NCBI GenBank assembly: GCA_050294405.1
Contig: JBNKOC010000004.1
Span: 1 to 64,000 of the forward strand
From: Fibrobacteria bacterium
GTDB lineage: Bacteria; Fibrobacterota; Fibrobacteria; UBA11236; JADFYW01
DNA: 64,000 bases
Reading direction: 5' to 3'
In this document: positions 38,497-47,372 of the stretch, one piece after another
Layout of the letters: every line of letters starts with the position of its first letter
Numbering within the stretch: the stretch's first letter is position 1
The notes under the pieces: generated by a model
What the model saw: only the letters and a program-made list of their open reading frames with translations
What the model was told of the DNA's origin: nothing
Databases searched by the model: none
Translations under genes and position numbers: made by a program

Positions 38497-41400
38497 TTAA
38501 AATTCTGCACCCAAAGACCAATAGTCCGTTTTCTCTTTTTTAGCATTCCCAATGCCATCAATGGGATAAGCCCTGGTCCACCGCAGTACAAATACTCCTA
38601 GATTCATTCTTAATCCATATCCAATCCCCATTCCCTGGTTATTTTTAAAAAGCTCTCTGGGCTCCAGGGGATAATCTGCGGGAAGTTGAGGTTCAACTAA
38701 TCCAGTGTCGTTGGACAGAATTTTTTCCTCATATTCTGCAAGCTTTAAATTATAATCGTTTAAAACATCTTCCCGGTACTCTTTGCCTTTTTTGTCATTA
38801 AAATATTTTGGAGTGCTGTAAGTCCAGGCTGCTCCGTAATCGGCAAATATAATTCCCATAATAGGAGGAAACCTCAAAGGAATGGGCCAGGCAATTATTA
38901 GTTCATGGACAAAGGGAAATCGAAATTCAAGATTAGCTAAAACTTTTCTGTTCCCGCTAAATTCAAAAAACCGGAAACCTCTCAAAGGAAGTGCAAAATC
39001 AGAATAAAAAAGACTTTCAATATCTAATTCATCGGGAATATTAGCAGTGTTGGACCATGTACTTCTGGAAGAGGATATTTGATAGAAGTTATCACCTCCC
39101 AGCCAATAACGATGCGGATTTCTTTTTCCAAATAGTGGTTCAGAGAATCCAGCAGAAAGACGAAATGCCAAAGTGTATTTTTTTACCCAGCGCCAATAAT
39201 TTCTGTAATCAATATCCGCAGACATAAAAAATACATCGTCCTCAATTAAAGGAGGCACTACAGATGTATAGGCAAATATCCGGGTGCCATTTACAGGGCC
39301 GGTCATGCCCCATTGCACGTTGTCAAAACTCCACCCCATGGAAGGCGAAAACAGTCCCCGGCTGCGGCTCACTCTTTCAGTAAAAACCGTATCGTTAAAA
39401 GTTTCCCTGTCTATGTATCTGCTGTCCAGACTAAACTGCAACCGACTAAATGTGGAAAGAGGGTATAATACCCCGGCATTGGCGCCAAAAGATTTTTCTT
39501 TGCCTCCCAGTAAGCTCCAGGGAGTTTCATCATAGGAGCGATAATATCCGCCAACCGTAAAGTCAACACGATGGGGCAAGTAAAGATACTGCAAGCTCAA
39601 CTGGCTGTTGTTAATGTCTCCCTGCAAATCCAGGCCTATTTGTATTTCCTGATCTCCCATTAAGTCGGTAAGCACAATCAGGCCTCCTCCCAAAGGGCCT
39701 TCAAAGTTGCTTACCCCAATTGCCGCTTGGGCCACATCCAAACTGAATTTAGGAGAGTAACTATTTTTAACATAATTACCTTGAGAATCCAAATACACGC
39801 TGCTGTCCAATACATGGGCCAGTCTTTTGCCTTTTTCTTCCTCCGACTCTTCTATTATTTCAGCGCTAACTCCTTCACTATCATCAGCTTCAACTAATTC
39901 TGTCTTATTATCTTCTGAAGTTAGCGAAGAATCCCTAGGCTTCTCTTGGTTCTCTTTCGGTGTCATTTCCAAAGAATCAGTTTTTCCCTCTTCAGATAAG
40001 GCTTGGTTTTGACTTATGGAATCCAGCACCAAACGGTCTTGGGCTGTGGAATCATCCACCTTGCCATCCACTTCAGATAACATGATGCTACTGTCGGCAG
40101 CGGTTTTGTTTAAACCTGCAACACTTAAGCTGTCCGCCTGGATTTTGGAACTGTCCTTATTTTCTGTACTATCTGTTTGGTAACTGGAAAGGTTCTCCCA
40201 GTTAATAGGCCTGAAAAAAGACAAGCTGCTATCTTCCAATGTTTTTATAAAATGGGTTTTGGGAAGCTCTTCTTTGATGATTTTATCGAGGGGATCTTTC
40301 ATAAGAAAAATATCCCATCCTCCCTGCTCAAAAATGGTAAAGGCCACTTGTTTTCCATCTTGGGACCAGGAAGGAGTAAAAGCCCCGGCAATGATGTTAG
40401 TTAGAGGATGTTCCACAGGAACATCTGTGCTATCGATATTTAGATAAAGATTATTTACCCCGCTGCGATTGGATATGAAAATCAACAAGGAATCCGATGC
40501 CCCGTAAGTGGGCATATGGTCGTCATAGGGGCTCGAACTTAATAAGGTTAAATGACTTCCATCTGTCTGTATCTTGTATATATCCTTGTATATCCCCTGT
40601 GAGTTGCCGCTAATATCTGTTCGGTCCGTTTCAAAAGCTATCCATTTTCCCGAGGGAGAAAATTGGGGTTTGCCGTCATAAGCAATATCATTGGTAAGCT
40701 GGCTTAGTTTTTTGGTATCCCTATCCCAAATATAGATGTCGGTCCGGCCCCCTTTTGAGCCGCTAAAACCAATATAACGGCCATCCTTGGACCAGGTGGG
40801 AGATAACAAGGCCTGAACATCCGGGGCGATTTCTTCCATAACCTTGCCATTCTTAACATCAATAATATGAATCACATCCTTGCCTTCTCTTTTGCTGACA
40901 ATAGCCAGTCTTTCACTTCCAGGCCCCCAGGCAAGCCCGGATTTAAATGAATGAAAGCTTTCGTGCTTTCCCTGGGTTCCCCCTTGCAGCACAGAGCGGG
41001 TTACTTTTTCTGTTTCCAGGTTTAAGATAAAAATGCCTTCCCGGCTTTTTCTATCGCTAAAAAAGGCAATGGATTTGTTATCGGGAGAAATGGCCGGTTG
41101 CAAATTAAAAAAAGACAGGTCCCGCCCGTGATTGGTGAGCTGGCGGGCCACGGATTTTCCGTGGGTTCTTCGCCCTAGCTCCGGCCAGTAAATATAACGC
41201 AATTCCCTAAGCCAAATTTCCCCCATCTCCTCCAGAGAGGTCTTGGTAACATTTTTAAAGGCTATGTTAATATTTCTGGTTTTTTTAGCTTCATGGAGAA
41301 ATTTTTTAATGGTGCCTTTTCCATATGCATTTTCCAGAAAGTGATAAAACATCTGGCCCCCCTTGTAGGCCAAAAAACCGTAAAAGCCCACAATAGGCGG

Positions 41401-42012
41401 AGGAACATAACCCGATGTTGTGGCATCCATCATAAAAAACTCAGATCCTAAATCCCATTTCAATGCTGTATATTCGGCCAGGCCCTCGTTAATCCACAGG
41501 GGAAAACGAAAGGTTCCCTGTACGCCTCCGCTGCGGCCGCCCATTAACATGTTATTGATAAAAGCGTGAACCATCTCATGTTCCAGCACATGGTAAAACT
41601 CTTCATAACTGCCTTCAAAGGGCAGCACAATACGGTTTTTGAAAATTTCAGTGAAACCGCCGATGGCTTCGTGCAAAGCCATGCGAATAACATTGGTTTG
41701 TTCAAACTCCGCATGGGTATTATGGATAATAATGGGCACTCGGGCCGTAAGCTCGTGTCCTAAAGTACGAGATACATTTTCATACATTTTTTCCACGTTC
41801 TCGGCAGAATACCAGGCTATGGAATCGGCCCCTTGGGGAAAGTATATATCAAAGTGGGCAGTTTGGTAGTAAGACCACTCAAAACGCTGGTACTGAACCT
41901 TATTTTGTCCGAATGCGAAAAGAAAGCTGCAAAAGCCGCCCAATAAAACAATAGCTGTAAAAACAAGCTTTTGAATCATGTTTATTTTCAACATAGCCAA
42001 GCGGGGAACCAA
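38497..42012 (-). CDS. metallopeptidase-like + PD40 beta-propeller + Omp85 beta-barrel fusion protein
   Basis: HEMVH and WINEGLAEY (gluzincin-like); P.(W/F)SP(D)G repeats; acidic linker; LRGF lid motif; GIGYGLR; terminal SLGAEF; real start probably 41994 or 41979. Confidence 0.85.
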   Translation of the reverse strand: MVPRLAMLKINMIQKLVFTAIVLLGGFCSFLFAFGQNKVQYQRFEWSYYQTAHFDIYFPQGADSIAWYSAENVEKMYENVSRTLGHELTARVPIIIHNTHAEFEQTNVIRMALHEAIGGFTEIFKNRIVLPFEGSYEEFYHVLEHEMVHAFINNMLMGGRSGGVQGTFRFPLWINEGLAEYTALKWDLGSEFFMMDATTSGYVPPPIVGFYGFLAYKGGQMFYHFLENAYGKGTIKKFLHEAKKTRNINIAFKNVTKTSLEEMGEIWLRELRYIYWPELGRRTHGKSVARQLTNHGRDLSFFNLQPAISPDNKSIAFFSDRKSREGIFILNLETEKVTRSVLQGGTQGKHESFHSFKSGLAWGPGSERLAIVSKREGKDVIHIIDVKNGKVMEEIAPDVQALLSPTWSKDGRYIGFSGSKGGRTDIYIWDRDTKKLSQLTNDIAYDGKPQFSPSGKWIAFETDRTDISGNSQGIYKDIYKIQTDGSHLTLLSSSPYDDHMPTYGASDSLLIFISNRSGVNNLYLNIDSTDVPVEHPLTNIIAGAFTPSWSQDGKQVAFTIFEQGGWDIFLMKDPLDKIIKEELPKTHFIKTLEDSSLSFFRPINWENLSSYQTDSTENKDSSKIQADSLSVAGLNKTAADSSIMLSEVDGKVDDSTAQDRLVLDSISQNQALSEEGKTDSLEMTPKENQEKPRDSSLTSEDNKTELVEADDSEGVSAEIIEESEEEKGKRLAHVLDSSVYLDSQGNYVKNSYSPKFSLDVAQAAIGVSNFEGPLGGGLIVLTDLMGDQEIQIGLDLQGDINNSQLSLQYLYLPHRVDFTVGGYYRSYDETPWSLLGGKEKSFGANAGVLYPLSTFSRLQFSLDSRYIDRETFNDTVFTERVSRSRGLFSPSMGWSFDNVQWGMTGPVNGTRIFAYTSVVPPLIEDDVFFMSADIDYRNYWRWVKKYTLAFRLSAGFSEPLFGKRNPHRYWLGGDNFYQISSSRSTWSNTANIPDELDIESLFYSDFALPLRGFRFFEFSGNRKVLANLEFRFPFVHELIIAWPIPLRFPPIMGIIFADYGAAWTYSTPKYFNDKKGKEYREDVLNDYNLKLAEYEEKILSNDTGLVEPQLPADYPLEPRELFKNNQGMGIGYGLRMNLGVFVLRWTRAYPIDGIGNAKKEKTDYWSLGAEF

Positions 42013-42025
42013 AATACCAGGGGAG

Positions 42026-42826
42026 TCAAAGTAATTGACGTATTTTGGATTTAAGTTCGTCCCTCCCCAACTTCAAATAAGGTTCTGTGGATATTGTGTC
42101 AAAAATTTGTCTGAGTTTCAATATACCTAATTGGCCAGGTACAACCCCATTTTTCCCAAAAAAACCATAAGTCATGGCAGCCCCTAAATAGGGAGACAAG
42201 ACCCTGGATAGGGGACCAAATTCTCCCATGCTAATGACGCAGGAACTTTGATTTTTAACAGCCAGCTCCAGGCTAAAATCCAGCAGAGCATTAAGCTCGA
42301 CTTCATTTTGCGCACTCACAGCGAATTTAAAAATATCTGGTTTGAAAACAGCCATTTCGTTCAGAATAACCCGATACTCCTGGTTGTTGTAAGCGCCATC
42401 AAAATTATGATGGGAAATTATAAATTCGCCTCCTGATATTTTTTTTATCCCTTCTAAGAGCCTTGGGAATTTTTGCGCTTCTTCCAACTCAATATCCACA
42501 ATATCCGCCAGTTTTTGCTCCAGAGCCATGGCATAAAAATTTTCCCTCAAATGAGAATCCCTTGTCCAGGATCCTCCATCCCTAGGCAAACGCAAGGTAT
42601 AAATGAGCCTGCATTCCTTTTCGCCCTTGGATTTAGACAATACTTTTAAAGCCTGTTTCAGTTCCGAAAGTTCCTCCAACCCCGCATCCAGGCCAAAGGT
42701 ATCCCCCCGGAATTCCAAAAAATGGCAGGAGTGAATTTCTTCCCATGGCAATTGCCATTTTCCTTTTGCCTTCCATTGGTGTAATATATCCTGGGTGACG
42801 ATGCCGATTATTTGAGCTGTTTTCAT
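42026..42826 (-). CDS. aroD: type I 3-dehydroquinate dehydratase
   Basis: LEFRGD, IYTLR...DGG, VDIE, ISHHNF, IFKFA, ISMGEFG.LSR, PGQ; start refined to ATG 42826. Confidence 0.88.
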   Translation of the reverse strand: MKTAQIIGIVTQDILHQWKAKGKWQLPWEEIHSCHFLEFRGDTFGLDAGLEELSELKQALKVLSKSKGEKECRLIYTLRLPRDGGSWTRDSHLRENFYAMALEQKLADIVDIELEEAQKFPRLLEGIKKISGGEFIISHHNFDGAYNNQEYRVILNEMAVFKPDIFKFAVSAQNEVELNALLDFSLELAVKNQSSCVISMGEFGPLSRVLSPYLGAAMTYGFFGKNGVVPGQLGILKLRQIFDTISTEPYLKLGRDELKSKIRQLL

Positions 42827-42920
42827 AACTGGGTTTTTATGCAAAATAGCATATTTCCCTTCTGATTTTGGATTTTTTAAAGTTGAAAAGTTTGATATTC
42901 CCAAAAAAATTTCATTTCTT

Positions 42921-43937
42921 TTGCCGGTGAAAAATTTCTTCCTAATTCTGCTGGTTTTAACAGGCCTTAGTTTTGGCTCTACAGCATATTTCAAGGAACC
43001 CCAGTTTCACCAAGCCTTGTTAGACTTAGTTGGCGCCACATACAATCAGGAATACCAAAAAGCGGAAAAAATCCTGAAGGACAAAATCCCCAGTTCCTCC
43101 CCCTGTTACAAGTATTTTAAGGGGTATATATACATTTCCATTTTTAATGATGTTGGAGATACATCAAAGTTTTATCAGGCTGAAAAAATTTGGGAGCAAT
43201 TGAAAGAGGAACTTGAAAACAGAAAGTCCTTAAAAAAGCCCTTTCCCAATCACCAAATGCCGGCCATCTATTACCTGGGGTTAACGGAAGTGCAGTTGAG
43301 CTACACTTCAAAGGTAAAAGGCAAAATGTTGGAGTCAGCCCTTCTGGCTAAATCCGGAATTAAAAAACTGAAAAAATATCCCAAGTACGCAGAAACCCAA
43401 AGCGTGCTGGCCATATACGATTTTTATAAAGGGCTGTTATTAAAATATTTTGATTGGCTTCCCTTTGTGGATGCAGACTATGTATCCTCCATGAAAAGGC
43501 TGAGAAACATCTACCATCATTCCCAATATTTGGAAGCTGTCTTTTTAACCTCTTTAATTTGGATGCAATTTGATTTGGGCAGCTACGACTCGGGACTTAA
43601 GCTCACTCAAAAATTTTTGGCCCGGTACCCTCAAAACCGGGTCTACCAGAGCATGGAAGCTGATTTTTTATTCAAGCTAAAACAAAACAAAAAAGCCGCT
43701 CAGCAGTTTGAAGCATTAAAAGAAAAATATCAAAATTGGTATGAGGAAAATGGAGAAAGTAAAAACTTAAAAATCAATTACTACTGCGCTGTGGGAAATC
43801 TGGTACGGATTTATCACGCCTTAGGAGATAAAAACAAAAAATTAGAGAATTCCAAAGTCTGGTTTTCTCCTAAGGTACAGGGGATAAAAGATTGGCTCCC
43901 CAAGAGCCTTTTGGAAGACCTGGAAAATTACCGTTAG
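42921..43937 (+). CDS. exported TPR-like helical protein
   Basis: signal peptide; TPR-like helices (LARYPQN, AAQQFE). Confidence 0.7.
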   Translation: MPVKNFFLILLVLTGLSFGSTAYFKEPQFHQALLDLVGATYNQEYQKAEKILKDKIPSSSPCYKYFKGYIYISIFNDVGDTSKFYQAEKIWEQLKEELENRKSLKKPFPNHQMPAIYYLGLTEVQLSYTSKVKGKMLESALLAKSGIKKLKKYPKYAETQSVLAIYDFYKGLLLKYFDWLPFVDADYVSSMKRLRNIYHHSQYLEAVFLTSLIWMQFDLGSYDSGLKLTQKFLARYPQNRVYQSMEADFLFKLKQNKKAAQQFEALKEKYQNWYEENGESKNLKINYYCAVGNLVRIYHALGDKNKKLENSKVWFSPKVQGIKDWLPKSLLEDLENYR

Positions 43938-43957
43938 AAAACCCTTTTGAACCACGT

Positions 43958-44314
43958 TTAATAATTAAGGGACTTTGCTTCTGCATGGCAGCAATCCACC
44001 GTTTTTAGATCAAACCAACCAGTGGAATCAACCACATTATTGTTTTCCATGGAAATAATTCTTTGTTTCCCCGTCATTTCGGAAAAACAAGCCTGGGTAC
44101 TATCATTGACTATATATTCTGGAGGAGATAGCTCTCCGTTTTGATGTTCCCTATAAATGGAAATTGAGTTTAATCCAGAGTAATTTCCATTTATACACAA
44201 ATTTATTCGAATTTCCTGACTGCAAGCACATGACTCATCATACATACAGGAATTAAGGAGAGTCAAAAATAAAATAAAGCCCGAAATAACAATATATTTG
44301 ATTCTTAAAAACAT
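43958..44314 (-). CDS. small Cys-rich putative lipoprotein
   Basis: lipobox-like LLNSC after hydrophobic stretch; CAC and CCH motifs; start ATG 44314 overlaps protease stop. Confidence 0.65.
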   Translation of the reverse strand: MFLRIKYIVISGFILFLTLLNSCMYDESCACSQEIRINLCINGNYSGLNSISIYREHQNGELSPPEYIVNDSTQACFSEMTGKQRIISMENNNVVDSTGWFDLKTVDCCHAEAKSLNY

Positions 44315-45471
44315 TGGCCATAGTCCCCTGATGTTGAACAAGAGCCTGCGTTATAGGACTGAAGGACTGAGCTAATCCACCCTAGTTTAGCACTAATTCT
44401 ACAGGCCCTCATCCGTTTACCAGATCCTGTACATTTTTGTCCAGGATAATTCAAACTTGAGTTACTATGGACTCCAGTTACATAAATCCAAGGGTCACCA
44501 TCTCGCACCCAAGGTCCACCAGAATCACCGTTGCAAGCTTGCATCTGGCCATTTTCAGTGGCGTAAATGTGATACGTGCCATACCAATCAACATACTCAT
44601 TTCCACGGCGCATTACCCCATCCCCATTTCCAGCATAAGAATCATAGCCACTTCCATATATTATTGTATGTCGAGCATTGCCCATAGTTCCGACCCACAT
44701 TTTCATGTAATCATCAGAATTAGTCCCCCAAGGGGTGTTTTTTATGATAATTCCGATATCCGATTGAGCGTCAGTGCCACTTGAATAGGTAGGGCATAAA
44801 ATTACATTCATATCTTCAATGCCCAATGTCCAGGTTTCAGGGGAGTCATCATTTGGGTCAAAATATTTCACCTTTACCCAGTCAATTCCACTATAGGATT
44901 GTGAACCGCTGTAATACAAAAGTTCGGCTATACAATGCCCCGCTGTTACTAAAGCTCTTGAATTGATTAGGGTCCCTGAGCAATAAGCGGTGGTATTAAG
45001 GATTTCAACCTTTCCTTTGCTATTTGTATCTGTGCCAAGCCGGATTTTTGATTTTGTTAATGGACTATTATTTGCATTAATTTTTTCATTTAGCATTTCA
45101 ACGCTGGGATGACTTTCAAGAATTTCATATTTTTTTTCTAAAAATAAGTATGCAGATTCACAAGTCTCAATTTTTGATAACCCTAATAATGATTTCATAG
45201 AAGGAAGGTCATTTAGCTGGGCATTTAACACCTTTATATTTACAAAGTCTTTTTTTGAACTTTTATCAATACATAGAGTCAAATTTTCACTTATTACATT
45301 CATATTCCCAAAATTGGAATATTTTGCTAAGGAGGTCGGGGTATTTGCAGATAACAATTCATTGTAAATTTTATCATGTAAATCTTGATTAGAATTAGAA
45401 TTTTCAGATTGGTTGATTTTGCAACTTGCAAAAATAAAAACGATTAATAGAAAAAATAGATTTACAATCAT
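44305..45471 (-). CDS. trypsin-like (S1) serine protease, lipoprotein
   Basis: CSGTLI..VTAGHC (His), DIGII (Asp), CNGDSGGP (Ser); lipobox FASC. Confidence 0.92.
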   Translation of the reverse strand: MIVNLFFLLIVFIFASCKINQSENSNSNQDLHDKIYNELLSANTPTSLAKYSNFGNMNVISENLTLCIDKSSKKDFVNIKVLNAQLNDLPSMKSLLGLSKIETCESAYLFLEKKYEILESHPSVEMLNEKINANNSPLTKSKIRLGTDTNSKGKVEILNTTAYCSGTLINSRALVTAGHCIAELLYYSGSQSYSGIDWVKVKYFDPNDDSPETWTLGIEDMNVILCPTYSSGTDAQSDIGIIIKNTPWGTNSDDYMKMWVGTMGNARHTIIYGSGYDSYAGNGDGVMRRGNEYVDWYGTYHIYATENGQMQACNGDSGGPWVRDGDPWIYVTGVHSNSSLNYPGQKCTGSGKRMRACRISAKLGWISSVLQSYNAGSCSTSGDYGQCF

Positions 45472-45607
45472 TTAGGAAACCCCGCAATTTATAGAAACTT
45501 TTTTTTGAGCTTCAATAAATTTAAAAACGGATTTTCTTAAACTGAATTCAATATTATTTCAAAACTATTTCGTCATATGCGGGTTCAATTCTACAAGGTT
45601 AGAAGCT

Positions 45608-45997
45608 CTAACCATTCCCCTTCGGAGGAAACTTTTCCAACAAAGCGTTCACCCTGTCCAACAAATCTTTTTTGCCAAAGGGTTTAGTAATGTAATCATC
45701 CACCTTCATCATGTGAAGGCCCACCATAAAATCCACCGATTTATTTTTGCTGGTGAGAAATGCCACCGGAACTTCCTTTAATTCTTTTTTTGCCCTGATT
45801 TCCTTAAGCAAGTCATATCCGTCCACATTGGGCATTACCAAATCCAGCAGCACCAGGTTAGGCATAAAATCCACGGCTGATTCCAGAGCCTGTTCGGGGT
45901 CCGTTACCACTTGCACTTCATGCTGACCTAACTCTAAAACCAGTTTGATCAAGTCTGCAATATCTTTTTCATCATCAATAACTAAAATCTTAGCCAT
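45608..45997 (-). CDS. single-domain response regulator (CheY-like receiver)
   Basis: LVIDDE, LLDLVMP..DG, FLTS, YITKPF; no output domain. Confidence 0.93.
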   Translation of the reverse strand: MAKILVIDDEKDIADLIKLVLELGQHEVQVVTDPEQALESAVDFMPNLVLLDLVMPNVDGYDLLKEIRAKKELKEVPVAFLTSKNKSVDFMVGLHMMKVDDYITKPFGKKDLLDRVNALLEKFPPKGNG

Positions 45998-45999
45998 AA

Positions 46000-46296
46000 T
46001 TACCCCTTAGCCAAATCCGCCGGCAACCACTTCCAGTAATAGTAGGTGACAAAACAGGCCACCAGAACTCCAATCAAATCACACAACATCGCCACAACTC
46101 CCAATTTGGGAATAAAATCCAAAATCAACCCCAACACAAGCATGGCACTCGCCACATACATCATCTTGTACAAAGGCTTTTTCTTAAGCGCGCTTCCCAA
46201 AATTTTACTGAGATCCCCAATTATCAAAAACATGGCGATAAAAGCCAGATGCCCTATAACCGATGCCGCGAAAAATAAAACAGTGGTAAACATCAA
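46000..46296 (-). CDS. small 3-TM membrane protein
   Basis: three hydrophobic helices, basic loop LSKILG..KKKPLY, YYWKWL tail; AAGGA RBS; ATG at 46293. Confidence 0.8.
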   Translation of the reverse strand: MMFTTVLFFAASVIGHLAFIAMFLIIGDLSKILGSALKKKPLYKMMYVASAMLVLGLILDFIPKLGVVAMLCDLIGVLVACFVTYYYWKWLPADLAKG

Positions 46297-46303
46297 GCTT
46301 TCC

Positions 46304-46588
46304 TTATGGCTTTTTAACGCTCATCATAGATTTATAAAGAGCCCCAGCGCAGGCTATTAACCCCGCTCCCCCCACTATGGTACATACAGAGGATATGGAG
46401 CTGCCTAAATAAGGTTTAAAAAATGAAAAGCCCAGCAACTGCCCCAGTGAAAAAATAATGGTGAAGGCAAAAAAATATACGGAGCGTGGCCCACTGCCGG
46501 ATTTCATACGGTAGTATTTGGCAATAAGGGACAAAAACAAACAGATAAAAAGCGTGGAAACTAACAGCAATATTTGAAGAAGAATCAC
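46304..46588 (-). CDS. small 3-TM membrane protein
   Basis: three hydrophobic helices, loop IAKYYRMKSG; GTG start 3 nt after the ATPase stop. Confidence 0.8.
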   Translation of the reverse strand: MILLQILLLVSTLFICLFLSLIAKYYRMKSGSGPRSVYFFAFTIIFSLGQLLGFSFFKPYLGSSISSVCTIVGGAGLIACAGALYKSMMSVKKP

Positions 46589-46591
46589 CTT

Positions 46592-47359
46592 TTAACCTTT
46601 TCTCACAAATACATCCATAAAAGCATCGGCCGCTGTTTTTACAGGCATGCCGGACATAATTCCCTCTCGACCTTCAAATTTTTGCATCACCTCAAAACCT
46701 TTGTCAGTTATGGAAAACTGACGGATATCCTTGGCGTGCTGGCTGCCTCTCATTTTTAATATTAACATGGCCTTGGAAATGGCCGAGTCAATTTCCACAT
46801 AACGTAGAAGCAAATAACTGTCCGCCAGAAAGGGGGCTTGGGAAAGGCTGTTAGTCTGGCCGAGCAGATTATTGTTTTCCCTGAGCAGGATACTGGTCAT
46901 GCCTTCTCTTTTGAGGCTGTTTATAAAATCAAATTCCATTTCCCTGAGTTGATGTTCATCTTCGGCCAGATACTCGAAATGTGTCAGAGAATCAATCAAA
47001 CATCTTTTAATTCCCATTTCATCAATTATGGTCTCCAACATGCCCCCGATTTCTTCCAGCTCTTCAGCTGCGGCTTCGGGAGTAGTGAATAAAATTTTAA
47101 GCATGCCCTCGTCTTCAAATTTTTTAAGATCCCATCCAAAATTCAGGGCATCGTGGTAGTATTGAGCTGGGAACTCTTCAAAAGTGAGAATCAGGCCAGG
47201 TTCATTGTATTGGGTTATACCGTTGACAATGAATTGAATTCCCAGAGTTGTTTTTCCGGTTCCAGGCGCCCCTTCCACCACATTGGAAGAGCCTTTTATC
47301 AATCCGCCGCCGGCCATTTCATCCAGGGCTACAATACCAAAGGGACTTCTTTCTAGCAT
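46592..47359 (-). CDS. single-domain KaiC-like (RAD55/KaiC family) ATPase
   Basis: GI..LDEM.GGG, GAPGTGKT (Walker A), FEE, LIDSL (Walker B), LLLRYVEI, ILKMRGS.H, ITDKG. Confidence 0.93.
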   Translation of the reverse strand: MLERSPFGIVALDEMAGGGLIKGSSNVVEGAPGTGKTTLGIQFIVNGITQYNEPGLILTFEEFPAQYYHDALNFGWDLKKFEDEGMLKILFTTPEAAAEELEEIGGMLETIIDEMGIKRCLIDSLTHFEYLAEDEHQLREMEFDFINSLKREGMTSILLRENNNLLGQTNSLSQAPFLADSYLLLRYVEIDSAISKAMLILKMRGSQHAKDIRQFSITDKGFEVMQKFEGREGIMSGMPVKTAADAFMDVFVRKG

Positions 47360-47372
47360 AATTTCCTTTTGC

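Noticed and set aside
42827..42994. N-terminal extension of aroD in the ORF track
   Set aside because: Overlaps the divergent TPR gene; ATG 42826 gives a normal-length enzyme.
46592..47359. Circadian clock gene kaiC
   Set aside because: Single domain, no Ser/Thr phosphosites at the CII positions, no kaiA or kaiB in the window; reported as KaiC-like only.
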